A stretch of DNA of 64,000 nt from positions 35,457-99,456 of the forward strand of contig JAFGDD010000004.1 in NCBI GenBank assembly GCA_016932315.1, in the 5' to 3' direction. Source of the DNA: Candidatus Woesearchaeota archaeon. GTDB lineage: Archaea; Nanobdellota; Nanobdellia; Woesearchaeales; SM23-78. This document shows, piece after piece, positions 28,678 to 38,178 of this stretch. Position 1 is the first letter of the stretch. Each line of letters starts with the position of its first letter. Below the pieces are notes generated by a model that ran no database searches, had not been told where the DNA came from, and saw nothing but the letters and a program-made list of their open reading frames with translations. A program made the position numbers and the translations under genes.

Positions 28678-29535
28678 TTATTTTTTATTATTAATGTTTG
28701 TTTTTTCCTCAAACTCCTTGAACTGCAAACTATTATACTTCGTCATTCTCTTGATGATCAGATCAACATCAAATCCTTTATCCTTAAGCACTTGTTTGCC
28801 TGATTCTAAGTTAGCGTCATCAAGCAATCCTCTGCAGCCTGTGCAAGGATGGTTGAAGCTTGGGCACAAAGCCCGGCATCCGCCATTAATCAGTGGTCCC
28901 AAGCACTCAATGCCCTGGTCAAGCAGGCAATAGTTTTCCTTGAGAGAGCATTCATGGCACACTGCCTTGTCATAAACCCTTAATCTTCTGCCTTGCAAGA
29001 AATGCTTCAGAACTTGGATTATCTCCTGCTTATCAGGAGGGCAGCCAGGAATGTAAAAGTCAACCTTAACATATTTGTGAAGGGGAACTGAAGTAATTGG
29101 CTTTACTCGCGGATCAGAAGGAAATTTTGCATATGCTGCGCTCTCAACCTCTTTTTCATTCATTAAATGCTTCATTGACTGCATGCCACCGTGGCAGGCG
29201 CAAGCTCCGAGAGCAACCAGAGCCTTAGTTTTTTCTCTCCATTTTAAAAGATTATCAAGGTCTTCCTGCGAGCTCACGCTCCCCTCAACAAAAAGCACGT
29301 CATAGCCTTCTTCCTCGTTCTGCTCTTTTATCATGGGAGCAGCAACAAGATTAATCTTATCAAGCAAATCAAGCAGAACATCCTCAATAAAATAGATGCT
29401 TAGCTGGCAGCCTGCACAACCAGTGATGCTATGAATGCCGATTCGTGGTTTAGAAACTGCTTTTTTCTGATTAATTATTTTTTTTATTTTTTTCCCTTTC
29501 CTAACATGAACTTTCTTCTTGGTCATCTTACTCAT
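28678..29535 (-). CDS. hydD: Group 3b hydrogenase small (delta) subunit
   Basis: TGCAGC, VEGSV, GACAC.GG, PGCPP, CLGP...GC.ALCP and CTGCRG. Confidence 0.92.
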   Translation of the reverse strand: MSKMTKKKVHVRKGKKIKKIINQKKAVSKPRIGIHSITGCAGCQLSIYFIEDVLLDLLDKINLVAAPMIKEQNEEEGYDVLFVEGSVSSQEDLDNLLKWREKTKALVALGACACHGGMQSMKHLMNEKEVESAAYAKFPSDPRVKPITSVPLHKYVKVDFYIPGCPPDKQEIIQVLKHFLQGRRLRVYDKAVCHECSLKENYCLLDQGIECLGPLINGGCRALCPSFNHPCTGCRGLLDDANLESGKQVLKDKGFDVDLIIKRMTKYNSLQFKEFEEKTNINNKK

Positions 29536-30343
29536 GCAAATTCTTTATCTGATCGTACCTGAATACAGGACCGTCTTTGCAAACATAAACGCCTGATATC
29601 ATACAGTGGCCACACATTCCGACCCCGCACTTCATCCTGCGCTCATGACTAATATAAATCTGTTCGTGCGAAAAGCCCATCTTTTCCAGTGATTGTATTG
29701 TGAATTTTATCATGACTGGAGGGCCGCAGATTATAACAGCTTTGTTCTTGCTGTCAAGACCAGATTCATCAACAAGCTTCGTAATTAAACCAATCTTTCC
29801 CTTGTAATCAGCGCCTGCCTTGTCAACTGTGGTGCGCAAATCAAAAATCCTGTTCCACAACTCCATGTCTTTCTTAAAGAGCATCTCTTCTGGGCTCTTG
29901 AACCCGAATAGCAAGTGGACTCTGTCAAATTCTGCGCGATACTTCTCAACATACTTGATTACTCCTCTGAGCGGAGCCACTCCTGTTCCTCCGCCAATAA
30001 TAATCAGGCTCTTGCCATGCAAATCAATCATTGGATAATGAGTTCCATAAGGTCCTCTCACCCAGAGATTGTCGCCAACATTAAGCTTGATAAGTTCGTC
30101 TGTAACATCACCTAATGCTCTGATGTTAAACTCGATGTAATCGTCTGCGTATGAGCAGACAGAAATAGGAGCCTCTCCAAGCCCAGGAACATTGAGCTGA
30201 TAGAACTGACCAGGCTGGTAGCTCAGCTTTTCCTTGTTCTTGGATTTTCCAGCTTTTGCCTTCTCAGCCCTAAACAAGTAAATATCGCCAGTCATCTGCT
30301 CCTTCCGGGTTATTCTAAAAGGCTCTAAATTAAGCGACATCAT
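29528..30343 (-). CDS. hydG: Group 3b hydrogenase gamma subunit (FAD/NAD(P), 2Fe-2S)
   Basis: PGQF, GEAPIS, RGPYG, GGGTGVAP, CGPP and ERRMKCGVGMCGHC..VCKDGPVF. Confidence 0.92.
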   Translation of the reverse strand: MMSLNLEPFRITRKEQMTGDIYLFRAEKAKAGKSKNKEKLSYQPGQFYQLNVPGLGEAPISVCSYADDYIEFNIRALGDVTDELIKLNVGDNLWVRGPYGTHYPMIDLHGKSLIIIGGGTGVAPLRGVIKYVEKYRAEFDRVHLLFGFKSPEEMLFKKDMELWNRIFDLRTTVDKAGADYKGKIGLITKLVDESGLDSKNKAVIICGPPVMIKFTIQSLEKMGFSHEQIYISHERRMKCGVGMCGHCMISGVYVCKDGPVFRYDQIKNLHE

Positions 30344-30389
30344 TAGTAACCTCTTCTGAATTGATTAACTTTATTTAAACTTGTTAGTT

Positions 30390-31349
30390 TCACCTGAACT
30401 TATTAATTACTTCTGTAAAATCAATCAGTCTCGGGCAGGCTTCTATGCACCTCCCGCATCCAGTGCACATATCCATGCCAAACTTTTCCCTGAAATACTG
30501 AAGTTTATGATAAATTCTGTGCTTGAACCTTGAAAGCCTGTCTTTCCTGAAAATCGCTCCGCCAGCGACCAATGTGAAGTTAAGGAACTGGCAGGAATCC
30601 CATTCTTTGAAGCGCTTGCCTTTTTTCAAGTCAACTTCGAGCTCGTCCATGACATCAAAACACAAACAGGTGGTGCAGTGAGAAGTGCACTTTCCGCAGC
30701 TCAGGCACTTATCATTCTCTGAATTCCATGCAGGATTATCATAGTATTGCGTCAAATCCTTCCTAAAAAGCTTTTTGTCACACTTAATCTCAGGCATTAC
30801 AAAATCATAATCCTCGAGAGTCATAATCAATGCTTCGCCCTTAGGACTGCCTGCTTCTATATAATATTTATTACCCATATCGTGAAGCATTAAATCATAA
30901 TATTTTTCCAATCCCATTGACTCGCAGAAGCAGTACTTGCTCGGAGCAGGCACGCAGTTAATGCCAATGAGCAGGGTGTTCTCTCTTGCTGCTTTGTAAT
31001 AATCATCCTGATACTCCTTGGAATTAAAGAGCTTGTCAAGCCTCAGAAGCCCGTTAAAGTCGCAAAGCCTAGCTCCAAAGATTACTCTAGGCTTGAACCT
31101 GGTTTTTTCTTCTTCAAAAGGCTTTTTCTTGTCAGCCAGGTTAAGCTTCAGCAAGTCGTGCTTTGCAGGAGAAAAGAATTTCTTGATAGAAAATAAAGGC
31201 CTGCCTTCAAGGCAAATGTCATCAAAATAATTAATATTTATAATCTCAAACCTTAAAGTGCCTCTCTTTACAGGGGCGATGAGCTCCTTGCCCTTAGAAA
31301 CCTTTCCGAGAAATTCCTTTAACCTCTTTTTATCAAGCACCTTTCCCAT
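30390..31349 (-). CDS. hydB: Group 3b hydrogenase beta subunit (4Fe-4S dicluster, AsrA-like)
   Basis: CFC, CLSCGKCT.HCTTC.CF, WDSC and CTGCGRCIEACP. Confidence 0.9.
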   Translation of the reverse strand: MGKVLDKKRLKEFLGKVSKGKELIAPVKRGTLRFEIININYFDDICLEGRPLFSIKKFFSPAKHDLLKLNLADKKKPFEEEKTRFKPRVIFGARLCDFNGLLRLDKLFNSKEYQDDYYKAARENTLLIGINCVPAPSKYCFCESMGLEKYYDLMLHDMGNKYYIEAGSPKGEALIMTLEDYDFVMPEIKCDKKLFRKDLTQYYDNPAWNSENDKCLSCGKCTSHCTTCLCFDVMDELEVDLKKGKRFKEWDSCQFLNFTLVAGGAIFRKDRLSRFKHRIYHKLQYFREKFGMDMCTGCGRCIEACPRLIDFTEVINKFR

Positions 31350-31382
31350 GATAAAAAAGAAGAAGAAAACAGGTATTTAAAC

Positions 31383-31763
31383 TTATTGAAAAACCTCTTT
31401 AATAATATCTTTTACTTCTCTTAGGGCGCTTTTCTCATCATAACTCTTCGGAATGCCTATAATGCGAGCTTTCTTCAGCTTGCCTGTCTCTTTTAGTAGC
31501 TTCAAGAAAAAACTTAGATCAAAGTCATGCAAGGAGAAGATGACAGAGAACTCTAAGCTATCAATATTATCAAATGCAGTTACTGCATTAATGCCTTTAG
31601 CAACGTCAAGCATGACTGAGTTATTCAAGTCGTGACTTAGCAAATCATCTGGCTTAGCGCAAATAATAGTCTCGAACCCTTTAATATTAAGCTTCTTACC
31701 TATCTTTATTGCAAGATTATCTTCTTTTAGGTAAGGATTGCCAAAAACCAGTATTTTTCTCAT
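31383..31763 (-). CDS. Hydrogenase maturation protease-like protein (HycI/HybD fold, short)
   Basis: ILVFGNPYLKEDN, MLDV, SLHDFDL and IIGIP; adjacent to the hydrogenase operon. Confidence 0.7.
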   Translation of the reverse strand: MRKILVFGNPYLKEDNLAIKIGKKLNIKGFETIICAKPDDLLSHDLNNSVMLDVAKGINAVTAFDNIDSLEFSVIFSLHDFDLSFFLKLLKETGKLKKARIIGIPKSYDEKSALREVKDIIKEVFQ

Positions 31764-31803
31764 ATCGCAATGTATTTATATGGGTGCTTATTTAAACCTT
31801 ATC

Positions 31804-31949
31804 ATGAATAAAAAGGGTTATGGCTGGTTCTGGGGGCAGCAATAATATCAGGAGCATCCATATTCATGAACAAGTTCGGGGTGACAGGAATTGACTCTTC
31901 TGTTTTCATATTTGCAAAGAACATTCTTGTGGCTGTTTTCCTTTTCTCC
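31804..31949 (+). pseudogene. EamA/DMT transporter 5' fragment, frameshifted and truncated
   Basis: Adding one base in the A-run at 31810-31814 gives MNKKGLWLVLGAAIISGASIFMNKFGVTGIDSSVFIFAKNILVAVFLFS, which looks like EamA TM1-TM2. This reading is absent from the ORF track. Confidence 0.65.
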
Positions 31950-32015
31950 AGAATAATCAATAGTTGCAAAGCCCTTTTCGATCTTCACAACTTTACCAGG
32001 TATAGCTAGGCACAT
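31941..32015 (-). pseudogene. hypC: HypC hydrogenase chaperone 5' fragment
   Basis: AGGAGG RBS followed by MCLAIPGKVVKIEKGFATIDYSGEK. Similarity ends after ~25 codons and the VGDYVLVHAGFA-type half is missing. Confidence 0.8.
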
Positions 32016-32111
32016 AAAATAAGCCTCCTTGAAAAAGCATAGTGAAATGTAAACTGAAAAACAATGATAAATAGGACACATAAAAAAAAATTAAAAATCG
32101 GCATCCGCAAA

Positions 32112-33929
32112 TCAACAACTTCCTGATGCAGTTGATGAAGTCGCCCCTAAGTTGGTGCTGCACTCATTTGGAGCAGCATCATACTTCTCGCACAAGGCAG
32201 TCTTGTAATTCTCAGGTGTTCTGCCTCCGTTGTAGGCTTCACCGTCAATAAATACTGTTGGGCTGCCGCTCACACCAAGCTTATCACCAAGGGCTTTTTC
32301 TGCAGTTAGCAGAGCAACTGCTTCGTCTGCTTGGCATTTCTTTATTTTAGCTACGTCAAGCTTGAGTTTTGTAGCTACTGCTTCCCAGCAGGTGTCTGCG
32401 TTCTGATAAGTGCATTCTGAATTCATTGCAAGGGCAAACTCAAACCACTTGCCAATGCCCATGTGCTTGTTCACACATAACTCCCTAACGTCCTGGTTAA
32501 GCTCTTGGATACCATGCATCGAACATAACTTGCCACTATCAATGCAATAGTTAGCCCCGCCGCCACCATAATTTTCATAAATAACATATCGAGGGTTAAA
32601 GATAGCTTTATCCTTAAGCAGCTGATAGGCTGGCTCTATGCCCTCCTCTGCCTGGTTGCCATAAGGGCAGTAGCTCATGACAAAGAAGTCTATTTGCGGC
32701 TTGTTGTCGCCGAGTACAACGCCGATTGAGTCATAATAGGCTTTTCTCTTTTCCTCGCTAACAAAGTAAGAGGCGCCCGCGGCATCATCAAGAATCTTGT
32801 ACTTGTCATCTTTAAGCTCAAATACAGATTGCAAGTCCGTCCTTGCCTGCCAGGTGTTAGTCTGAGTTATTTCAGTTTCAAAGAGGAATGCAGGCACTAC
32901 TTCAATATTATACTTCTGCACAAGAGCTTTTCCTTCTGAACTGTCAACATCCACTATGCTAGGTTTTGCACCCAGGAATAGCTGCTGGAGTGCTGTAACA
33001 ATATTGGTGGTGTCGCAGGCACTTCCACACTTAGCAGATGTTAAAATTATATAATTAACCGGAACTGGTTCTCTGTATTCGCAAGCAGCGTTCTTCATCC
33101 CGGGATTAATGCAATAACCCTCCTTCCCTTCTTGCTCTGTGCAATCAGCATTGGTTGTGCACTTAGGAATTTCTGCACAGGCAGGTGAAGTTGATAACTG
33201 GCAGATTGCTCTTTGGAATGATGTTGAATCCCTCTGGCCTTGATAAGCAGAGTCTGCTATGTACATTGTAGGGCTGCCCCTTGCATTCCTTGCAGTGGCT
33301 CTTTGCATTGACTCTCTCAGCAATGTCTTGCCTTCCTCTCCTTCAAGACAAGTCTTAAGCTTATTAACATCCATGCCATTCTGCTGAGCACAACTAACCC
33401 AGTTAGTATCCACATTAGTTGCATCCTTGTTCTGGCACAGTATGAAGTCTATGTACTTATAATTTGTTGGGTAATACTTCATTGCGCATAACTGCACAAT
33501 GTTGCCTGTTACTTCCTTGGCTCCGTGCAGGCTCTGGAAAGTTCCTGGGCTGGTTTCTGACACAATAAAATCAAGGTGGAAGTCAACTGCATCACCCATG
33601 GATTTTAATACAGGAGCAATGGCGTTCTCTACCTGGGTTCCATAAGGGCACTGGCTCATCACATAGAATTCTACCTTAACCTTTTCCCCAGAAACAGGAG
33701 GCGTAGTTGGCATCTGCTTCCTCATCAGCATAAAAATTACTGCCAGCAGGATGATGATTAAAATGAATGCAGATATTAAGAGATAAGTGCTGCCTGGCAC
33801 TTTCTTATCAACAGCTTTTTCCTCTTTTTTATTAATAGCAGACTCTGCTGTCTTTGACTCGCGTTCATGTTGTTTGTGCTCAGAATGAGCCTCGTGTTGT
33901 TCATATGTATGCTTTCCTTTTGTTTTCAA
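32112..33929 (-). CDS. Membrane-anchored tandem thioredoxin/DsbA-fold protein
   Basis: Two repeats (FYVMSQCPYG..LHG..E..GSPT and FFVMSYCPYG..MHG..E..GSPT) and one TM helix. A TTG start at 33929 follows GGAGGTGG. Confidence 0.8.
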   Translation of the reverse strand: MKTKGKHTYEQHEAHSEHKQHERESKTAESAINKKEEKAVDKKVPGSTYLLISAFILIIILLAVIFMLMRKQMPTTPPVSGEKVKVEFYVMSQCPYGTQVENAIAPVLKSMGDAVDFHLDFIVSETSPGTFQSLHGAKEVTGNIVQLCAMKYYPTNYKYIDFILCQNKDATNVDTNWVSCAQQNGMDVNKLKTCLEGEEGKTLLRESMQRATARNARGSPTMYIADSAYQGQRDSTSFQRAICQLSTSPACAEIPKCTTNADCTEQEGKEGYCINPGMKNAACEYREPVPVNYIILTSAKCGSACDTTNIVTALQQLFLGAKPSIVDVDSSEGKALVQKYNIEVVPAFLFETEITQTNTWQARTDLQSVFELKDDKYKILDDAAGASYFVSEEKRKAYYDSIGVVLGDNKPQIDFFVMSYCPYGNQAEEGIEPAYQLLKDKAIFNPRYVIYENYGGGGANYCIDSGKLCSMHGIQELNQDVRELCVNKHMGIGKWFEFALAMNSECTYQNADTCWEAVATKLKLDVAKIKKCQADEAVALLTAEKALGDKLGVSGSPTVFIDGEAYNGGRTPENYKTALCEKYDAAPNECSTNLGATSSTASGSC

Positions 33930-34047
33930 GAGAAAACCACCTCCCAATTCATTTCCTAATAAAAATATATTTTTAGTCAATGTTAAAGGCTTGTATTTAA
34001 AAAGTTTATTAAAGAAACAAAAATAACGTGTTTTTATTATTTTTTTA

Positions 34048-36075
34048 TTATTCTTCTTGAGAGGGTTGTTTTTTCTCTTCCATTTCAATGTCTTCTGAGA
34101 GAACTTTCACAGTGTCTTTCCTATTGGCAGACTTTCTCAGCTTGGAAGCTAGTTTCTTTTCCTTTAGCTCCTTCTCAACCCAGTCTGCTATTTTATTCTC
34201 GTATTGCGTGACGTTATCTTCAAACTCTGAGCGCGTCATATCAGAAACTAATTTCAGCAGCTCTTGCTTGTTAGAAGCCTTTTTCTCTCCCACAACAAAA
34301 CCAGCTACGCCAGCTTTTGCATTGCCAGGTTCTCTTTTGGCTGAAGCTGAAATTTCAGAGTCCTGGTTTATTGCTTCATCCTGTTGTTTTGAGGCTTTCA
34401 CCTTTTTCTTGTTCCTCAAGCTGACACCAAAGATTATTAGTAAGAACATTATTAGAGCTGCTCCTCCTAGGGTTATTAATGTAAGAAGGGCTTCTGTCAT
34501 GATGTTGACGTTGAAGAGCAATGATTTTCTTAAAAGCTCAGATGCAAGAACATAAGGGTTATACTTTATTATGTTGGTAAGGGCGGGAGCAAGGCTTTCC
34601 AAAGGCACTACCAGGTTTGAGAGGAAGAGGAATATTGAACCTAGAACAATTGATGCCATAATTGCACCTTCCTGGGTTGAAAATAGGTAGCCTACTGCCA
34701 TTCCTAGAACAATAAAGAAAGCAGACGTCAGGATTACAAGTATGGCTGTGCAAAGAGCATTCTTGAATAAGGGTATTTGCATGAAATAATTAGCCAAGCC
34801 AAGTATGATTAGAGTTTGCATAACAATTACTATAAAGCTGGTAATAAAGGTAGTGAATACAAAGAATTCCTGCCTTATAGGGGTAATGTGATTCCTGAAA
34901 AATGATTTTGAGCTCTTCTCAAACATTACAAGTGTGCTTGAGAGCAACAATGCTACAAACATTATTACCAATACTAAGAGGAAGGGGAAGGTAAATGTTA
35001 GCTTGGATGTTTCAGACACAACAGGCTCAATCTTTGTATTAACAGGACTGACAATTGTTTCTACATTTGTAATATCAATGCTTTCCAGCTCTTGTCTTGT
35101 TTTTTCAAGATTGGTTTTGAGTCCCACAATATTGGTTTGTATGCTTGCAACTCTCGTCTTGGCAGAATCTATTAATTTCTGGTTTTCTGTGTTAAGCTGC
35201 CTGTTAGCTGCCAGGTCTGACTCCAGTTGCGTCAGCGAGTTGGACAAAACATTCAAATCATCTATCAACTCCTTTATTTGGTTGGGTGTAAGATTGTATA
35301 AGTTAAGAAGTTCATCTCTTAAAGCAGCGAATTCCTCTCTAATATTAGATACATTCTCATAAACCCCCAAGTCATCTATCCATTCATCTGTGCTGTTAAT
35401 CATTAAGCCGCCCTTTTCAATTATCATCATTATAGTATCATTCAGGGTAATGACAGAAGAGTTCAAGGCATTCAGGTCAACTTCTTGCAGTTCAAGCTTC
35501 ATTGATTCAGTATTAGCTTTTGCCTTTTGCAGGTCGAGCACTAAAAGGTTAAACTGAGGGTTCAGGTTGGCAACCAACACGCTTTCTTTGCTTAAATCCT
35601 TAACAGTTGAGTTAATCCTTGAAAGCAATGCTTGAGTTAAGGAGTAGCTAACCTCTTCAGACTTCAGGTCCAAAATCCCAGATACAGACTCTATTACTTT
35701 GTAAACAAGATTCATGCGGGAATAATCCACGAGGAATCTTAATTCACTGCTCTTTTCATTGCTAACCTGAAAGTTTTCAGGGAATATAATGCAAGTATGG
35801 ATTATTCCTTGTTCTACCTTTTTCACACAATCCTGCTCATTATTGAATTCCTGTACATAATAATGGCTTTGCTTCAGCGAATCCACAAAATTGTTTGTTA
35901 GATTAGTATGCTGCGACGCGTAATAGCCTAAACTTAGCTCATAACTTGCCTTGCCGCTAAAAGCCAACCCTACTAAAAGGATAACCAGCAGAGGACCTAT
36001 TAGCACAGTAAACGCAGATGCCTTGGCTCTTATTAAGAGCTTGAAATTCTTCTTTATTATCGAAAAAAGCTTCAT
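34048..36075 (-). CDS. ABC-2 type exporter permease with a large extracellular coiled-coil and an extra C-terminal cytoplasmic domain
   Basis: IIKKNFKLLIR start, one N-terminal TM, a coiled-coil loop, five C-terminal TMs and LSNLVVPLE. Confidence 0.88.
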   Translation of the reverse strand: MKLFSIIKKNFKLLIRAKASAFTVLIGPLLVILLVGLAFSGKASYELSLGYYASQHTNLTNNFVDSLKQSHYYVQEFNNEQDCVKKVEQGIIHTCIIFPENFQVSNEKSSELRFLVDYSRMNLVYKVIESVSGILDLKSEEVSYSLTQALLSRINSTVKDLSKESVLVANLNPQFNLLVLDLQKAKANTESMKLELQEVDLNALNSSVITLNDTIMMIIEKGGLMINSTDEWIDDLGVYENVSNIREEFAALRDELLNLYNLTPNQIKELIDDLNVLSNSLTQLESDLAANRQLNTENQKLIDSAKTRVASIQTNIVGLKTNLEKTRQELESIDITNVETIVSPVNTKIEPVVSETSKLTFTFPFLLVLVIMFVALLLSSTLVMFEKSSKSFFRNHITPIRQEFFVFTTFITSFIVIVMQTLIILGLANYFMQIPLFKNALCTAILVILTSAFFIVLGMAVGYLFSTQEGAIMASIVLGSIFLFLSNLVVPLESLAPALTNIIKYNPYVLASELLRKSLLFNVNIMTEALLTLITLGGAALIMFLLIIFGVSLRNKKKVKASKQQDEAINQDSEISASAKREPGNAKAGVAGFVVGEKKASNKQELLKLVSDMTRSEFEDNVTQYENKIADWVEKELKEKKLASKLRKSANRKDTVKVLSEDIEMEEKKQPSQEE

Positions 36076-37070
36076 GGGTTTTTCTTTTCCTCTCCTGTTA
36101 TTTTCATGAACAATTCATCCAAGCCAGGCCTTGAAACATTAATATCAATGAGCTCCTCCTTAAGCACTTCTAGAGTGTGCAACAATTCGTGAATTACTGC
36201 TTGGGGCTGGTCAGAAAATATTATGAGCTCACTGCCCCTTATCTGAATATCAAAAACATTGCTACCAGGCCTCTTAATGGCTTTGGCAATATTGCTGTAA
36301 CGCCCAGGGTATGTTTGGATTCTTATTTCCTGGGATTCGGCATACTTGGTCTTAAGTCTAGCGGGGCTTGCAACATCAATTATTTTTCCATCTTTTATAA
36401 TGGCGAGGCGCGAGCAAAAATTCTCAACCTCAGAAAGATGATGGCTTGCAAGGATTATGGTCGTGCCTTTCTTGTTAATTTTCTGCACAAGACTCCATAT
36501 ATGGTCGCGAAGAATTGGGTCAAGGTCAGATGTTGGCTCATCAAGGATAAGCACTTCTGGGTCATGTATTAAGGCGCAGGCAATGTCCAGTCTTCGCTCC
36601 ATACCCCCTGATAAGTCACCGGCAAGAGTTTTTTCAGCATGCCTCAAATCCATTAATGAAAGCAGAATGTCAATATTTGAATCCAAGGCTTTCTTGTGCA
36701 TATTGTATAAAGAGCCAAAGTATTTGAGATTTTCCTTCACAGTAAGCTTTTGGTAAAATGATGGCTCCTGGCTTGCAAAACCAAAAAGATTCTTAGCTAA
36801 CCTTTGCTGCTTGAAAACAGAAGCATACATGGGCTTGCCGTCTTTGCTCTTCTTCTTGACAAAATAATCATACCTGAATTTCACATCACCTTCTTCTGGC
36901 GCCAGATAACCGATAAGGTTTTTGAGAAGCGTGGTTTTGCCGCTGCCACTGGAGCCTATCAACCCAAATATTTCTCCCTCATAAATATCAAGGCTTATGT
37001 TCTTGAGAACTTTCTTCTTCCCAAATCTCTTGCTAATGCGCTGAATCTTCAAGATGGGAGGGCGATCCAT
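36072..37070 (-). CDS. ABC transporter ATP-binding protein
   Basis: GSSGSGKTT, LSGGMERR, LILDEPT and SHH. Confidence 0.95.
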   Translation of the reverse strand: MDRPPILKIQRISKRFGKKKVLKNISLDIYEGEIFGLIGSSGSGKTTLLKNLIGYLAPEEGDVKFRYDYFVKKKSKDGKPMYASVFKQQRLAKNLFGFASQEPSFYQKLTVKENLKYFGSLYNMHKKALDSNIDILLSLMDLRHAEKTLAGDLSGGMERRLDIACALIHDPEVLILDEPTSDLDPILRDHIWSLVQKINKKGTTIILASHHLSEVENFCSRLAIIKDGKIIDVASPARLKTKYAESQEIRIQTYPGRYSNIAKAIKRPGSNVFDIQIRGSELIIFSDQPQAVIHELLHTLEVLKEELIDINVSRPGLDELFMKITGEEKKNP

Positions 37071-37189
37071 GACAATCTATAACTAAAAGTCGAGATATAT
37101 AAAGTTTGCTAATGAAAATGAAATCAAATCACTATATTAATAAAATATTAAAAACAAACAAAGTTTCTCTTAACCAAAAAAAACGAAAA

Positions 37190-37591
37190 ATGAACTTTAT
37201 CATTAGCACCAATAAAAAGCAGGAATTAATTGACATCACAGACCAGGTTAATGCTCTTGTTGTAAAAAGCAGAGTAAAGGAGGGCTTGTGCCATGTATTT
37301 GTGAAGCACGCCACTGCAGCAGTAATCATAAATGAGAATGATGACCCGAATATATGTATTGACCTCATTAATGCGCTTAACAAGGCTTTCCCTGACAACG
37401 CAGGCTATTTGCACGACAGTATTGATGGCAATGCAGGCGCTCATATCAAAGCAGCAGTGCTTGGCCCCAGCGAAACAGTGCCTGTAACTAATGGAAGGCT
37501 TGATCTTGGAAGGTGGCAGGCAGTAATGCTTGTAGAGCTTGATGGCCCTAGACAAAGAGAGGTTTTTGTGAGCATTCTTAATAAGAAATAA
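37190..37591 (+). CDS. yjbQ: YjbQ / UPF0047 family protein
   Basis: IDITDQV, HATAAVIINE, YLHD..DGNAGAHIK and LGRWQ...ELDGPR. Confidence 0.92.
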   Translation: MNFIISTNKKQELIDITDQVNALVVKSRVKEGLCHVFVKHATAAVIINENDDPNICIDLINALNKAFPDNAGYLHDSIDGNAGAHIKAAVLGPSETVPVTNGRLDLGRWQAVMLVELDGPRQREVFVSILNKK

Positions 37592-37640
37592 GCTTTAATA
37601 AGCAAAAAATATTTTATATGATCGTCTTCTGGCTTTTAAT

Positions 37641-38138
37641 CTATTTTTTACAGATGTCAAGGGTGATTTCCATTTCGCCAGGATAAAGTGGCAGGAAAAC
37701 CCATCCTTGCTCCCTGTTTTTTATTTTAGAGGTGCAGTTCAAACTAATGAAAGTAAGGTTGGTTTTCTCAAGAGTGAGGTTGAAGCTTATACTCCAGTTA
37801 ATCAGGGTCTTGTCCAGTATCTTGATGAGGGTAAGATTAACCATTTGGCAGCTGGTGTATTCATTGCAAACATATGAGTGGTATGTTTTGGCGCAATCAG
37901 TTATGAGTTCTGACAAGGCAATGTTGTGGCATTCCTCGACGCTTGTTTTGGTCAGGCTTATCAGGAAGTTGGTTGCCATTTCCTTGTCAATGTAAATCTT
38001 CTGAATATTTTTGGCAGGGTTGCTAAGCTTGTACACCAGAAAAAAGAGCATTCCTGTAATTACTATTATTACAATAATAACCAGCCCTATAATTTCCATC
38101 TGGGCTTTTGAATTTTGATGCTGTATAATTTTGCTCAT
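37641..38138 (-). CDS. Pilin-like protein with a class III signal peptide
   Basis: SKA/QMEIIGLVIIVIIV.. followed by a small Cys-containing domain. Confidence 0.75.
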   Translation of the reverse strand: MSKIIQHQNSKAQMEIIGLVIIVIIVITGMLFFLVYKLSNPAKNIQKIYIDKEMATNFLISLTKTSVEECHNIALSELITDCAKTYHSYVCNEYTSCQMVNLTLIKILDKTLINWSISFNLTLEKTNLTFISLNCTSKIKNREQGWVFLPLYPGEMEITLDICKK

Positions 38139-38178
38139 AAATTCTTGCTCACATAATTCTCCCTGAGTCTCGCACAAC

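Noticed and set aside
31848-32081. 77-aa ORF as an intact HypC
   Set aside because: Only 25 codons match HypC; the remainder is the antisense of an EamA fragment.
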